The notes: generated by a model not told the origin, from the letters alone. Positions 30,148-40,349 are shown, counted from the stretch's first letter. The stretch is DNA of 64,000 nucleotides from an uncultured Dehalococcoidales bacterium (GCA_964554375.1 CAZKOL010000003.1:7206-71205); one strand, 5' to 3'. Program-made: numbers and translations.

Positions 30148-30197
30148 GTCCGCGATGCGGGCGCAGATGAAGCAACGCCCCTACGGCTTAACTATCC
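30148..30197. repeat. REP-like repeat, right half of a copy split by the IS6-type insertion
   Basis: CCTTCAGGCCTGTCCGC plus CGGGCGCAGATGAAGCAACGCCCCTAC. The left half, GTAGGGACAGGCCTTCAGG, ends at 27515. Confidence 0.6.
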
Positions 30198-30205
30198 GCC
30201 TGCCC

Positions 30206-30946
30206 TTATTCTTCAGACGGGGATATGTCAGTGCGGTAGCTGTGCTTGATGGCGTCGGCGCGGGCCTCCGCGGATATGCTCTCCTCCCGGTATATGAGGC
30301 CGTCCTTGAGCCAGATGACCCGATCGCTGTATTCCCTCTGCTCAGGCTCATGCGTAACCATGAGTATGGTTTGCCCCAGTTCATCGCAGAGTTTGCGCAT
30401 CAGCCGCAGGACTATGCCCTTATTCTCCGTATCAAGGTTGGCGCAGGGTTCATCGGCGAACAGTATCTTGGAGCGGTTGACCAGGGCACGGGCGATGGCG
30501 ACGCGCTGCTGCTCGCCGCCGGAAAGCTGGCTGATCAGGTGATGAAGGCGCTCACCCAGCCCCACCTTCACCATGAGGTCCCCGGCTATCTTCATGTAGT
30601 CCTTCTTGCGCAGGCCCAGCAACAGGAGCGGCAGGTAAGCGTTTTCCAGCGCGTTCAATTCAGGTATCAGGGCATATTCCTGGAATACGTAGCCCAGGTT
30701 TTTCAGGCGGAACTCGGTCTTCTGCCAGTCGGACAGGCGCGATATATCATTGCCTTCCAGCAAGATATCTCCCGAAGTCGGCGTGTCCAGCAGCGCCAGC
30801 TGGTGCAGCAGCGTGGATTTGCCCGATCCGCTGGGGCCCATGATCGAGACGAACTGCCCGGGTGATACCTCGAAGCTCACACCTTTCAAGGCATGTACCG
30901 GCACGTGCCCCGCGTAGGTCTTTTTGAGGTTGCTGACCTTGATCAT
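30206..30946 (-). CDS. ABC transporter ATP-binding protein (MacB/LolD-like)
   Basis: Walker A GPSGSGKST, signature LSGGEQQR and Walker B ILFADEP. Confidence 0.85.
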   Translation of the reverse strand: MIKVSNLKKTYAGHVPVHALKGVSFEVSPGQFVSIMGPSGSGKSTLLHQLALLDTPTSGDILLEGNDISRLSDWQKTEFRLKNLGYVFQEYALIPELNALENAYLPLLLLGLRKKDYMKIAGDLMVKVGLGERLHHLISQLSGGEQQRVAIARALVNRSKILFADEPCANLDTENKGIVLRLMRKLCDELGQTILMVTHEPEQREYSDRVIWLKDGLIYREESISAEARADAIKHSYRTDISPSEE

Positions 30947-30953
30947 GACTTGA

Positions 30954-32192
30954 TCATCCCCATATGGCCCTGATAATATTTTCTCGCGCCACCCTCCACG
31001 AAGGGATGAAGCCCGCCAGTATGCTGACCACCAGCATGCTCACCACACTGGTCATGAACTCACCCGGCATGATGGCCAGGCTGACCTTGCCCATTGGGAA
31101 GTCGAGGGGATGGGCGATGAAGTACGGCTTAATGAACATCTCGATAACGGCAATGCCCAGACCTATGCCAACCAGGGCGTAAAAAAGTGCCAGGAAGATG
31201 TAGGACAGGATGATTATGCGCTCGTGCATGCCGATGGCCTTCATAATGCCGATTTGCCTCCGCCTGCTGACTGTGGCTATAAAGATCACGATGAATATGG
31301 TCACCCCGGTCACTATCAGGCCGATCAGTAGAATGATCCTCTTGATGATGTCGAAGCTCTGAGCGATACCCAGCACCAGGCCGATGAAGTCCTCCCAGGG
31401 CTTGATATCCTCCATCTCTATGCCGGCCTGCCGCAGCCTCTGGATATAATACGACTCGGGGTAGGCTTCGTCGGTCTTGACCAGTATCTCCGATGCCCGG
31501 TCGTGGATGCCCAGCACCGACTCCATCTCTTTCTGCGTGACAAAGATGGACATGTCAGAGAGAGGAAATACGGTGGAATAGATACCCTTGATGGTATAGT
31601 CGCGCACTATCCCATTGTGGTAGTACACCGTGATCTCGTCTCCTACTACTGCCCCTTTGAGCGACTGCACCTCAAGGGCCGCCCCGAAGCCGCCGGATAT
31701 CTCCCTGCCCATGATGACCTGGTCGCGGTCCGAGTCGCTCAGATATTCACCGGAGACCATGTACCTTGAGATGTTGGATACTTCGATATTTTCTTCAGGG
31801 CTGATGGATGTTATCGGCCAGCTCACGGACCTAATGTCTTTGCCTGTTTTATCAGGGTCATAGGTTACGATAGCCCCGGTCGAGTACCTCGAGCTGCACC
31901 CGATGATACCGGGTACGGTGTTTATCTTGCGCTTGAGCGAAGATACCTGCGTCAGGTACTGCTCGCTGTTGCCCGACTGGTCCTTGCCCGGCTTGATGAC
32001 TATGTTGGAAACATAGTTTGTCTTGGCCTGCTGGTAGATGAGGCTGACGGCCCCGCTCATTATGCCGGAGATGATATTGATCTGCATGAAGGCCACGGCC
32101 GCCACCAGGATGGTGAGCATGAGCGTGCCTATGCTGCCGCGCGTGATATACTTGTAAAAGAGGAAAACGGCCGCCCTTAAATCGTTCCACAT
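30954..32192 (-). CDS. ABC transporter permease, FtsX/MacB-like
   Basis: N-terminal TM, a large extracytoplasmic domain and a C-terminal FtsX 3-TM bundle. Start moved to the ATG at MWNDL because the longer ORF-track N-terminus runs through a REP copy. Confidence 0.7.
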   Translation of the reverse strand: MWNDLRAAVFLFYKYITRGSIGTLMLTILVAAVAFMQINIISGIMSGAVSLIYQQAKTNYVSNIVIKPGKDQSGNSEQYLTQVSSLKRKINTVPGIIGCSSRYSTGAIVTYDPDKTGKDIRSVSWPITSISPEENIEVSNISRYMVSGEYLSDSDRDQVIMGREISGGFGAALEVQSLKGAVVGDEITVYYHNGIVRDYTIKGIYSTVFPLSDMSIFVTQKEMESVLGIHDRASEILVKTDEAYPESYYIQRLRQAGIEMEDIKPWEDFIGLVLGIAQSFDIIKRIILLIGLIVTGVTIFIVIFIATVSRRRQIGIMKAIGMHERIIILSYIFLALFYALVGIGLGIAVIEMFIKPYFIAHPLDFPMGKVSLAIMPGEFMTSVVSMLVVSILAGFIPSWRVARENIIRAIWG

Positions 32193-32245
32193 CTTAAGAC
32201 TCGTACACCCTTCAAGCGCCTTTATTATACTATGCTGAAAAATGT

Positions 32246-32306
32246 TGGGACGGGCCTTCAGGCCTGACCGCGTATCGGGCGCAGCTAAAGCAACGCCCCT
32301 ACGTCC
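32246..32306. repeat. REP-like palindromic intergenic repeat
   Basis: GGGACGGGCCTTCAGGCCTGACCGCG plus CGGGCGCAGCTAAAGCAACGCCCCTAC. Confidence 0.6.
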
Positions 32307-32382
32307 ATTAATTATATTATACGTTGGCCCTTCAAGTCTGATATCATATTTAGCGCCCAAATTTCATTTAAAGAAGAGTGAC

Positions 32383-33639
32383 ATGCGAATCTGTATCTTG
32401 AGTTACCGCAGCTATCCATACTCTGGCGGGCAGGGGATTTATATGCGCTACCTGAGCAATGCACTCCGTGACCTGGGCCACGAAGTGGACATGATGTCGG
32501 GGCCGCCATATCCTATCGTAGACGATGGAGTTGGATTAATTAGACTACCGAGTTTGGACCTGTACAGGTTTGGGTCCTGGCAACGGCTGTTTATCGATCC
32601 CCGGAAGCTTAATACCCACGCCAACTTCATGGAATGGGGCGGCATCATGACCGGGTATTTCTCCGAACCGCTGGCCTTCGGCATGCGCGCCTACCGGTAC
32701 CTGTGCAAAAATGGCCTGAAAAAGTACGATGTCATACATGACAACCAGACCATGGCCTACGGGATCGCGGATATCCAGAAGGCGGGTTACCCTGTGGTGG
32801 AGACTATCCATCATCCGGTAACCATCGACCGTGACCTGGCCATACAGTCAGCCAAATCGCTCAAGGATAAGCTGGGATACCGCCGCTGGTTTTCATTCAC
32901 CGGTATGCAGATCAAGGTCGCCCGTCAACTGCCATTCATCATAACGGTGTCCGAGATGGCCAGGCGCCACATCCACGATATCTTCGGTATACCTGAATCC
33001 AGGATGAAGGTCATCTATAATGGCATAGATGCGGAGCTGTTCAGCCCCTCTGACGATGTGCCCAGACTAAATAATATGATCCTCATGGTCATGAGCCGCG
33101 ACACGGCTGTCAAGGGCCTGCGTTTCCTGCTGGAGGCGCTGGCCGAACTGAGGAATAGGTGGGACCTGAAACTGGTGGTTGTTGGCAGTACTCTGGGGGA
33201 TGGCGTTACTGAAAAGCTGATGGGCAAGCTGGGTGTTACAGAGGCGGTTACATTCTGTAATCAGATAGAAACGTCGGAGCTGATCCGGCTATACAGGTCA
33301 GCCACGCTTGTTGCCGTGCCCTCCACTTATGAAGGCTTTGGCATACCGGCCGCCGAGGCCATGGCCTGCGGGGCCCCGCTGGTATCGACCACGGCCGGAG
33401 CATTGCCCGAGGTTGTGGGCGACGCCGGTATCCTGATTCCGCCAGCCGATTCGGCCGCACTCACTGCTGCCATAGCACAGTTGATGGAGAGCCCGGCCAG
33501 GCGCAGTGAATACAGCATACTGGGAAGGAAGCGTATACTGGAAAAGTTCAACTGGAGTAACGCCGCCCGATTGACCGTCGAGGTATACGCGCAGGCTATA
33601 GAGGCCAAACGCGCCGGGATAACGCCGTCAGGCCGATGA
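32383..33639 (+). CDS. GT4 family glycosyltransferase (paralog 1)
   Basis: N-terminus MRICILSYRSYPYSGGQGIY and the C-terminal GT4 EX7E region (EGFGIPAAEAMACGAPLVST). Start placed at the ATG after an AAGAAGAG RBS. Confidence 0.75.
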   Translation: MRICILSYRSYPYSGGQGIYMRYLSNALRDLGHEVDMMSGPPYPIVDDGVGLIRLPSLDLYRFGSWQRLFIDPRKLNTHANFMEWGGIMTGYFSEPLAFGMRAYRYLCKNGLKKYDVIHDNQTMAYGIADIQKAGYPVVETIHHPVTIDRDLAIQSAKSLKDKLGYRRWFSFTGMQIKVARQLPFIITVSEMARRHIHDIFGIPESRMKVIYNGIDAELFSPSDDVPRLNNMILMVMSRDTAVKGLRFLLEALAELRNRWDLKLVVVGSTLGDGVTEKLMGKLGVTEAVTFCNQIETSELIRLYRSATLVAVPSTYEGFGIPAAEAMACGAPLVSTTAGALPEVVGDAGILIPPADSAALTAAIAQLMESPARRSEYSILGRKRILEKFNWSNAARLTVEVYAQAIEAKRAGITPSGR

Positions 33640-33731
33640 ATTCAGCGCAGTCTTGATAAACATCGCGAATAAATGTAAAATGGCTGCGTGTTTTCAAGGC
33701 AGAAATCAAGCGGTGTGACAGGCTGATATCA

Positions 33732-34988
33732 ATGCAGATATGTTTGTTGAGCTACAGGGCTTATAAATACTCAGGTGGCCAGGGTGTTTACGTCAGGTAC
33801 CTCAGCAGGTCCCTGCAGAGGCTGGGTCACAGCGTGGACGTGGTGGCGGGTCCTCCTTACCCGGACCTGGCAGATGGAATAAACCTGATCCGGCTACCGA
33901 GTTTGGACCTCTACAGGCTCCCGGAAAAGAGGCGCTACCTGATAAACCCGATGCGGCTCAACACATGGCCCAACTTCGCCGAATGGCTGGGCGAATGCAG
34001 CGGTTGTTTCACCGAGCCGCACACCTTCGGCATGAGAGCCTACAACATGTTCCGCCAGGACGGACATCTCAAGAAATACGACATCGTGCACGATAATCAG
34101 TGCATTACCGATGGAATATTCAAGATCAGGCAGATGGGTATACCTCTGGTGACCACCATCCATCACCCTATAACTATCGACCGTGAGCTCGCCCTCAAGG
34201 CCAGCAATTCAGCTTACAAATCATGGGGAATTCGCCGATGGTACTCCTTTGCCGATACGCAGATAAAGGTAGCCCGCCGTCTATCCCATTTCATCACGGA
34301 TTCAGAGCACTCATTGCAGGAGATTGTGAGCAGCTTCGGCTTGCCGCGTGAGCGGTTTAAAATAATCTACTGCGGTGTAGACGCAGACGTTTTCAGGGAG
34401 CAGCCCGGCCTCCAGCGTCCCGGCAACCGCATACTGGTGATTAACAGCGGGGATACACCGCTTAAGGGTTTAAAGTATTTATTGGAGGCTGTCGCTGAGC
34501 TGCGCAAGACGCGCGTGGTGGAGCTTACCATCGTCGGAGAGCCGCTGGTTAACGGGTACACAGAGGGACTGATTGAATCGCTCTGCCTGGGAGATTGCAC
34601 GCAGTACACCGGCAAGATAGATACTAATAGCCTGGTCAAGCAATATTCCTCGGCCACCATGCTGGTGGTGCCCTCCATTTATGAAGGGTTCGGCCTGCCC
34701 GCAGCGGAGGCCATGGCCTGCGGGACGCCCGTGATCTCCACCACTGCCGGCGCCCTGCCGGAGGTGGTAGGCGACGCCGGCATACTGGCGCCGCCGGGGG
34801 ATACAGGCGCACTGGTGGCAGCTATAAAAGCTCTTCTGGATGACGAAGCAAGGCGCAAAGAGCTGGGCGCTATGGGTGTTGAGAGGGTGAAGAGATTATT
34901 TAACTGGGACAAGGCAGCCGGGCAAACGGCGGATTACTACCGGGAAGCCATCGAGAGCCAGGGCAAGAATAAGATAAAGGTTGGATGA
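33732..34988 (+). CDS. GT4 family glycosyltransferase (paralog 2)
   Basis: Roughly 55% identical to the upstream paralog by eye (MQICLLSYRAYKYSGGQGVY...EGFGLPAAEAMACGTPVIST). Confidence 0.75.
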   Translation: MQICLLSYRAYKYSGGQGVYVRYLSRSLQRLGHSVDVVAGPPYPDLADGINLIRLPSLDLYRLPEKRRYLINPMRLNTWPNFAEWLGECSGCFTEPHTFGMRAYNMFRQDGHLKKYDIVHDNQCITDGIFKIRQMGIPLVTTIHHPITIDRELALKASNSAYKSWGIRRWYSFADTQIKVARRLSHFITDSEHSLQEIVSSFGLPRERFKIIYCGVDADVFREQPGLQRPGNRILVINSGDTPLKGLKYLLEAVAELRKTRVVELTIVGEPLVNGYTEGLIESLCLGDCTQYTGKIDTNSLVKQYSSATMLVVPSIYEGFGLPAAEAMACGTPVISTTAGALPEVVGDAGILAPPGDTGALVAAIKALLDDEARRKELGAMGVERVKRLFNWDKAAGQTADYYREAIESQGKNKIKVG

Positions 34989-34992
34989 TTTA

Positions 34993-36057
34993 ATGGTAAT
35001 GGATAACAGCGCTACATTCGAGATGCCGGAGCTGGAGGAGCTGTTATCCGAAAGGTTTCTCAGGCCGACCTTTGAAAGCATCGTCAGCGTGCAGGAGAAC
35101 AGGGGCTCCGTGCCCGAGAGCGAAGGCGGGTTGGTGGAGCCGTGGACCCACGTGGAGTGCGCCATGGCCATAGATGCCGGCAGCTACCACGACGAGGCGG
35201 AGAAAGCTTACGAATGGCTGGCGGGCATGCAGCTCCCCGATGGAAGCTGGTATGCCAACTATAAGGACGGCCAGCCCAAGGATATGTACAAGGTCTCGCA
35301 TGCCATCTCCTATATGGCTGTGGGCGCCTGGCACCACTACCTGGTGACAAACAACAGGGTCTTCCTCGATGATATGTGGCCCGTGGTGAGGAGAGCCGTT
35401 GATTACGTGCTGGATATGCGCGGGCCTAAGGGCGAGATTTACTGGGCCAGGGATGCGGCCGGCAGCGTTTACCCCACCGCCCAGATAGCCAGCTGCAGCT
35501 CATCATACCTCAGCATCAAATGCGCGTTGAAGATGGCGGATTTGATAGGAGAGGAGCGAAGGGACTGGGCGGAGGCCAACGAGGTCTTACGCACAGCCAT
35601 CCTCGACATGCCGCTGCCGTATGGAGACCCCATTGACGAGAAGACCATTTACGCCTTTGCCATGGACTGGTACTACCCCGCACTGTGCAGCGTCATCAAC
35701 GGGCGGGAAGCCGTTAGCAGGATATACGACAGCTGGGATAAATTCATCGTGCATGGCAAGGGATCGGTCTGCAACCTCGAAAAGCAGTGGGTCACTGCCG
35801 CAGAGAGCAGCGAATTAGCCATTTCCCTGGCGGCCCACGGCGAGTACAAGCAGTCGGCCATGATCTATTACTGGGTACACCAGATGAGGGACGAGGACGG
35901 GGCCTACTGGTACGGCGTGGCGTTTCCCGAACACGAGATCTGGCCTCTGACCAAGCCTACCTGGACCTCGGCCGCGGTCGTGCTGGCAGCCGACATGCTC
36001 AAGCCCATGTCAGCAACAAACCTTCTTTTCGATCACCACGGTATAGTGCTTTCTTAG
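34993..36057 (+). CDS. alpha/alpha-toroid (six-hairpin / prenyltransferase-like repeat) protein
   Basis: Repeated LPDGSWY and DEDGAYWYG motifs resembling (alpha/alpha)6 toroid repeats; the function is unknown. Start ATG chosen just after the upstream stop. Confidence 0.35.
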   Translation: MVMDNSATFEMPELEELLSERFLRPTFESIVSVQENRGSVPESEGGLVEPWTHVECAMAIDAGSYHDEAEKAYEWLAGMQLPDGSWYANYKDGQPKDMYKVSHAISYMAVGAWHHYLVTNNRVFLDDMWPVVRRAVDYVLDMRGPKGEIYWARDAAGSVYPTAQIASCSSSYLSIKCALKMADLIGEERRDWAEANEVLRTAILDMPLPYGDPIDEKTIYAFAMDWYYPALCSVINGREAVSRIYDSWDKFIVHGKGSVCNLEKQWVTAAESSELAISLAAHGEYKQSAMIYYWVHQMRDEDGAYWYGVAFPEHEIWPLTKPTWTSAAVVLAADMLKPMSATNLLFDHHGIVLS

Positions 36058-36672
36058 GATGCCCAGGCTGTCCACCATGGGCAGTTCCCTGTAATCGCCG
36101 CTCCCCAGCGCCAGCTTGTACACCTCGAAAGGCGCCTGACCACCTTTGGCAGGGTCGGGGTAGATGTCGTGAAAAACCAGGAATCCGCCCGGCAGCAGGT
36201 GCGGCGACCAGCAGCGGTAGTCCGATAGAGATGTCTGGTAGCTGTGCCCACCGTCGATAAAGACCAGGCCGAGTGGCGTCGCCCAGTTCCTGGCGGCGAC
36301 TCCGGACTGTGTGACCATGGGAACGACATTGTCCTCGAGGCCTGCTTTTTTCAAAGTGTCCTGCAGCAGGGGGAGACTATTTATGATGCCCTTGCGGCTG
36401 TCGAAGAGCTCGGGGTCGAAATACATCTGGCCGGGCTGCTGTTCCTCAGATCCGCGGTGGTGGTCTATGGTGAAAAGCGTGCTGTCAGCTCTTTTACAGG
36501 CTTCTCCCAAATATACGGCGGATTTGCCGCAGAAGCTGCCTATCTCCAGGCAGGGGCCGAGCGCGCAGGCTTCCAGTCCCAGCTCATACAGCCTGACGCC
36601 TTCGTCCTCGGCCAGAAAACCCTTGACTCCCGAGGCCAGCGCCGCAATCTTGCTGATAATAGCGTCCGTCAT
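36010..36672 (-). CDS. class I SAM-dependent methyltransferase (Methyltransf_24/TylF-like)
   Basis: LEIGSFCGKSAVYL and FIDGGHSYQTSLSDYRCWSPHLLPGGFLVFHDI. Start moved to MTDAIISK because the longer ORF-track N-terminus runs through a REP copy. Confidence 0.55.
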   Translation of the reverse strand: MTDAIISKIAALASGVKGFLAEDEGVRLYELGLEACALGPCLEIGSFCGKSAVYLGEACKRADSTLFTIDHHRGSEEQQPGQMYFDPELFDSRKGIINSLPLLQDTLKKAGLEDNVVPMVTQSGVAARNWATPLGLVFIDGGHSYQTSLSDYRCWSPHLLPGGFLVFHDIYPDPAKGGQAPFEVYKLALGSGDYRELPMVDSLGILRKHYTVVIEKKVCC

Positions 36673-36686
36673 CTCTTTTCCGTATT

Positions 36687-36719
36687 CGCGGGCGCAGCTA
36701 AAGCGACGCCCCTGCATCG
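36687..36719. repeat. REP-like repeat (X module only)
   Basis: CGCGGGCGCAGCTAAAGCGACGCCCCTGCATCG. Confidence 0.55.
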
Positions 36720-36721
36720 TA

Positions 36722-39700
36722 TTACAGATCCCTCCTGCGCGATATGACCACATAGGCATTTATAAGTAGCAGCAGGACAACGACGATAACGATGATAATC
36801 CAGATCCAGAAATTTGAAGCAGCCGGTACCTGGCCGGACTTGGTCCTGGCGTCCGGCTGCTTCTGCGGCTGCGTGATGTTCTCTGACAGTGTAAACGTGC
36901 CTACCGGGCTGGGGTCGCTGATCACAGGGGCAACAGCCTTGACCTGCCAGAAATACGGGGTAGAAAAAGGTAATGGGCTCTTTAGCTCGAAAGCCGTGGT
37001 CTCGGTATTTTCCTGGACGATCACATCCTGAAGCTGAGCATCCCTGGCCAGTGTAAATTGATACATCCTGGCATTTTTGATGGGCGACCAGCTGAAACGG
37101 ATGGGAGGCAGGCAATTGCTGCATATGCCGTCCACCGGTGTCAGCAGCGTAGGCCCCATGTATTCAGAGGTGACCATGAAGCCCGGCCTGACCGAGAAGA
37201 ACAGTGTCGCTGACCATGGGCTGTGTATTGGCGTGTCCTTCCACGACCTCGACCCGCGCACCCTCCAGTAGTAGGATCGCCCTACTTCCAGTACGCCGGG
37301 CGAGATCCAGCAGGACGGTGCTTCCTGGTCGGCGGGGGTTACGATCCAGGAGCCCGTGACGTCGTCGACCGGGGTCATCTGCAGTTGCTGGGTGAGCGGC
37401 AGGGTGAAGTTGACATCCTTGGCTATCAGGAGATCGTAGCCATAGATGTCCTTAAGAGGACGCCACTTGAAATCGACCTGCTGAGAACGTCCGGTTACGG
37501 GATCGGCCCCTATGAGGCTGCCGGGGGCAGGCGCCGTGGGCCAGGGCCCCAGCTTGGCCACCGAGTCCACGAATTGCCACAGGCAGCCCACTTTAGTGGT
37601 GAAATTATATGGCCTGTTGTCGATTGCCCAGAGAGTGTTATAGGTATTTGACGATATGTGCAGCGACGTTGGCTCACGCGTGAATTGGACCAGATTTGTC
37701 TGCGGAATCCCATCTATGAGCTGGTCCCATTGTGGTGCGGGTGGAACCCTTACCCTGGCCTCCAGTGTGCGGTCGGCGCCGCTGCTGCTAAGGGTCGGAT
37801 CGATATTCGTGTTCCAGGCGCCGTAGAGAACGCTGTTGAGCATGCAGATACCGTAGAAGCCCCTGTCGATAGGGTCGAGGGGGTCCCAGTTGGTGCTGGT
37901 ATCCATGGTCCAGCGGTAGATGAGGCCGTCTGCGTTGGTGATGGTGTCGTCGATTCCGGCATAGATGTTTTTGTTGCTGTCGTATAGATCGTCCACGGCG
38001 ACGTGCACATTGCCCTGCATGGGCAGATCTTTAAGGACGGTGAACTGCGGTATGATGGCCGAGAAATCGGCCCAGGCTACGCTGGTGTCGGCGTTCCCCT
38101 CGCTGCCCACGAAGACCAACTCTTTGTCCGAACTGTCTTTTACAGGGTTACACACCATGTGCGCCGGGGCCAGCATGTTGGTATTGAGCCTTTTCACGGT
38201 CTGCCAGGCAGCGCCGCTCTGGCTGAGCTTACGAACATTATAGTCATCCAATACGTACATGGAAGATTCATCCAGCAGCGATATGTCTTTGACAATTGTG
38301 CCGGCCAGCACAGCCGTCCATGTATCGCCCGAGTCGGCGGAATAGGTGATGTTGTCTGTGCCCAGGTCGGCAAAGACCACGACGTTGCTTATGGTTGACG
38401 ATGCCGTATCGCTGGGAGCCAGGCGCAGTATGGCGCCGCTGTCGCTGGACGGAAGGGTGAAGGTACGTTCCCACAGGCGTCCCAGAGGATCGCTGGCGCT
38501 ACGCCATACGCTGTCGATACCGGGTGTTGTATTGTCGGTATTTAGTGAAGACAGATAGAGCGTGCTATTTCCGACTACTGCCGATCCCTCTGGCTTCTCC
38601 ACCGCGGCCACATCCGACAGTACGCTGATCGTAGTATTGATGATGCCGATCTGGTTCCAGGTGGACCCGCTGTCCATGCTGTACTGGAAGGCCGACTCGT
38701 CTGACTGTGCTTTAGTCAATTTGGATAAAGGCCATTGTCCCGGCGCCCAACCGGTTCCACCCAGCGTGGAGTTCTCCGAGCTTGTGCCGCAATAGGCCCT
38801 GCTGCCGTCTGAACTCCAGGCCAGCAGCACGTTGGCGCGGCCTGTGCCGCCGTCGCCGGTGTTGCCTCCGCCGGTTGGCGATTTCAGACTGTCGGATTTG
38901 AGCCATGTGACACACCCCGAGCAGGTTGCCTGTGCATTCGAGCTTTGCCAGACGTTGGCCATGGCCCGCGCGGCGCTGGCGGTGGCCTCGCCGGCCAGGA
39001 GTATGCCTGTCGCATTGGTGCCGGTATAGGCAATGGAGGATATGCGTTGCCCAGAGGCAGCCTGGATAGGCGGCGTGATAGTGAATGTGGTTGGCGTGGG
39101 GCTGATGTAAAATACGGCTGAGGCCGTAGTATTATCAAATACGTTGACAAAACACCCGCGCAGGCTTGAATCGGTGCCCACGTAATCGGAGGGCAGCTCG
39201 ATGCCGGTGCGTATAATGTTAGTGGCCAGGTATCCGCCGAGGAGCACCGGGTAGGCCGCGTAGCCGGCTGCGTTATCCCACTGGGTGGTATTAAGCGTTG
39301 TATCGTGTTTGCCCAGGTGTAGGGCGGCCGTTGCCGGCGCGGTGAATGCAATAACTGCCATGGTCTGGTCCGAGATGTAATCCGGTGAGAATTTCACCGA
39401 TGTAACGGCCGTCCATCCGCCTGGTGGATCCTGGTTTACCCAGGCGCCGGAGAAGGTACTGCTGTATGTTCTAGTCCAAACGCTGCCCCCAAGTCCCGCT
39501 ACTCTGCGGGTCCCGATTGCTATATCCCTGCTCTGGCCACTCGAGTTGTATTTCGATATATCCAGACAGCTGATGTACTCGTCGGGGTTCAATGTCATTC
39601 CGGTGCCCGGTGCCACGATGTTCCAGGTGGTGCCGCCGTCGGTGGAGTAATATGCTATGCGTGGGCCTGCCGCAGCAGGGAGGACGGCGTCGTCTATGAC

Positions 39701-40087
39701 GGCGATGATGAAGTTTGCATTATCAGGCGCTACTGCTATATTCCATACCGCCCTGTTGCCGGCTGCTGTAGTAAGGTTGGTGTTGATTGAGGAGAGCCAA
39801 TTATATCCGGCGTCGGTGGATTTATACAGGTTCATACTTGTTACAGAGCTATTGTCGGTGCTGACAGCGTAAAAGGTGCGGTTGTCCGGTCCCAGCGCCA
39901 GGTCGTTTATGCCGCAGGTGCGTATGAACATGCCGTTGGAACCGTTCCAGGGTGTATCCACCACGCTCCAGGCCAGCGTCCTGCTGGTGGCTGCGCTGCT
40001 TTGGACGCAGGGAACAAGCAAGCTAATTAAAGCTAAAATGGAAAGGACAAGAATAAACGGGTATGGCCGGCGTACAATTCTCATCAA
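36722..40087 (-). CDS. large cell-surface BNR/Asp-box repeat protein with C-terminal TM anchor
   Basis: 1121 aa. N-terminal signal peptide and multiple S-x-D-x-G-x-T-W boxes (YSTDGGTTWNIV, YSADSGDTWTAV, SMDSGSTWNQIG, KSTDAGYNWLSS). S/T/G/N-rich, with Ig/FN3-like C-terminal modules and a final hydrophobic anchor followed by RRRDL. Confidence 0.6.
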   Translation of the reverse strand: MMRIVRRPYPFILVLSILALISLLVPCVQSSAATSRTLAWSVVDTPWNGSNGMFIRTCGINDLALGPDNRTFYAVSTDNSSVTSMNLYKSTDAGYNWLSSINTNLTTAAGNRAVWNIAVAPDNANFIIAVIDDAVLPAAAGPRIAYYSTDGGTTWNIVAPGTGMTLNPDEYISCLDISKYNSSGQSRDIAIGTRRVAGLGGSVWTRTYSSTFSGAWVNQDPPGGWTAVTSVKFSPDYISDQTMAVIAFTAPATAALHLGKHDTTLNTTQWDNAAGYAAYPVLLGGYLATNIIRTGIELPSDYVGTDSSLRGCFVNVFDNTTASAVFYISPTPTTFTITPPIQAASGQRISSIAYTGTNATGILLAGEATASAARAMANVWQSSNAQATCSGCVTWLKSDSLKSPTGGGNTGDGGTGRANVLLAWSSDGSRAYCGTSSENSTLGGTGWAPGQWPLSKLTKAQSDESAFQYSMDSGSTWNQIGIINTTISVLSDVAAVEKPEGSAVVGNSTLYLSSLNTDNTTPGIDSVWRSASDPLGRLWERTFTLPSSDSGAILRLAPSDTASSTISNVVVFADLGTDNITYSADSGDTWTAVLAGTIVKDISLLDESSMYVLDDYNVRKLSQSGAAWQTVKRLNTNMLAPAHMVCNPVKDSSDKELVFVGSEGNADTSVAWADFSAIIPQFTVLKDLPMQGNVHVAVDDLYDSNKNIYAGIDDTITNADGLIYRWTMDTSTNWDPLDPIDRGFYGICMLNSVLYGAWNTNIDPTLSSSGADRTLEARVRVPPAPQWDQLIDGIPQTNLVQFTREPTSLHISSNTYNTLWAIDNRPYNFTTKVGCLWQFVDSVAKLGPWPTAPAPGSLIGADPVTGRSQQVDFKWRPLKDIYGYDLLIAKDVNFTLPLTQQLQMTPVDDVTGSWIVTPADQEAPSCWISPGVLEVGRSYYWRVRGSRSWKDTPIHSPWSATLFFSVRPGFMVTSEYMGPTLLTPVDGICSNCLPPIRFSWSPIKNARMYQFTLARDAQLQDVIVQENTETTAFELKSPLPFSTPYFWQVKAVAPVISDPSPVGTFTLSENITQPQKQPDARTKSGQVPAASNFWIWIIIVIVVVLLLLINAYVVISRRRDL

Positions 40088-40178
40088 ATATCTATTAACC
40101 GTACCCCGTTACTATAAGTTGTGTAGTAAACTGGAGAAAAGCAGATTTACCTGAAATCTACCATAAATCCTGCCCTAT

Positions 40179-40207
40179 TTGCAAAATGGCAAATCGCATG
40201 TTAGATT
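40179..40207 (+). promoter_or_regulatory. candidate sigma70-type promoter upstream of pilB
   Basis: TTGCAA, a 17 nt spacer, then TAGATT. Confidence 0.3.
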
Positions 40208-40349
40208 AAACTAAAAGGCATATGGGTATGGTCCAGGCAGTCGAAGCGGGCCGGAATAGACTAAAGGTGTGGTAGCCTATTTTGATAATGGTATTTTAAT
40301 ACGTACAATTTAAGTGGGCCTGATAATAATTTAATAATTTGAGGTACTC

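Noticed and set aside
32193-32382. Long N-terminal extensions of the FtsX permease and GT4 genes from the ORF track
   Set aside because: Both extensions read through the same REP-like palindromic repeat. Internal ATGs with RBS-like context give conventional N-termini.
36244-36769. Two overlapping plus-strand ORFs (167 and 152 aa) across the methyltransferase gene
   Set aside because: Antisense to a clear Methyltransf_24-like CDS, and they pass through a REP repeat.
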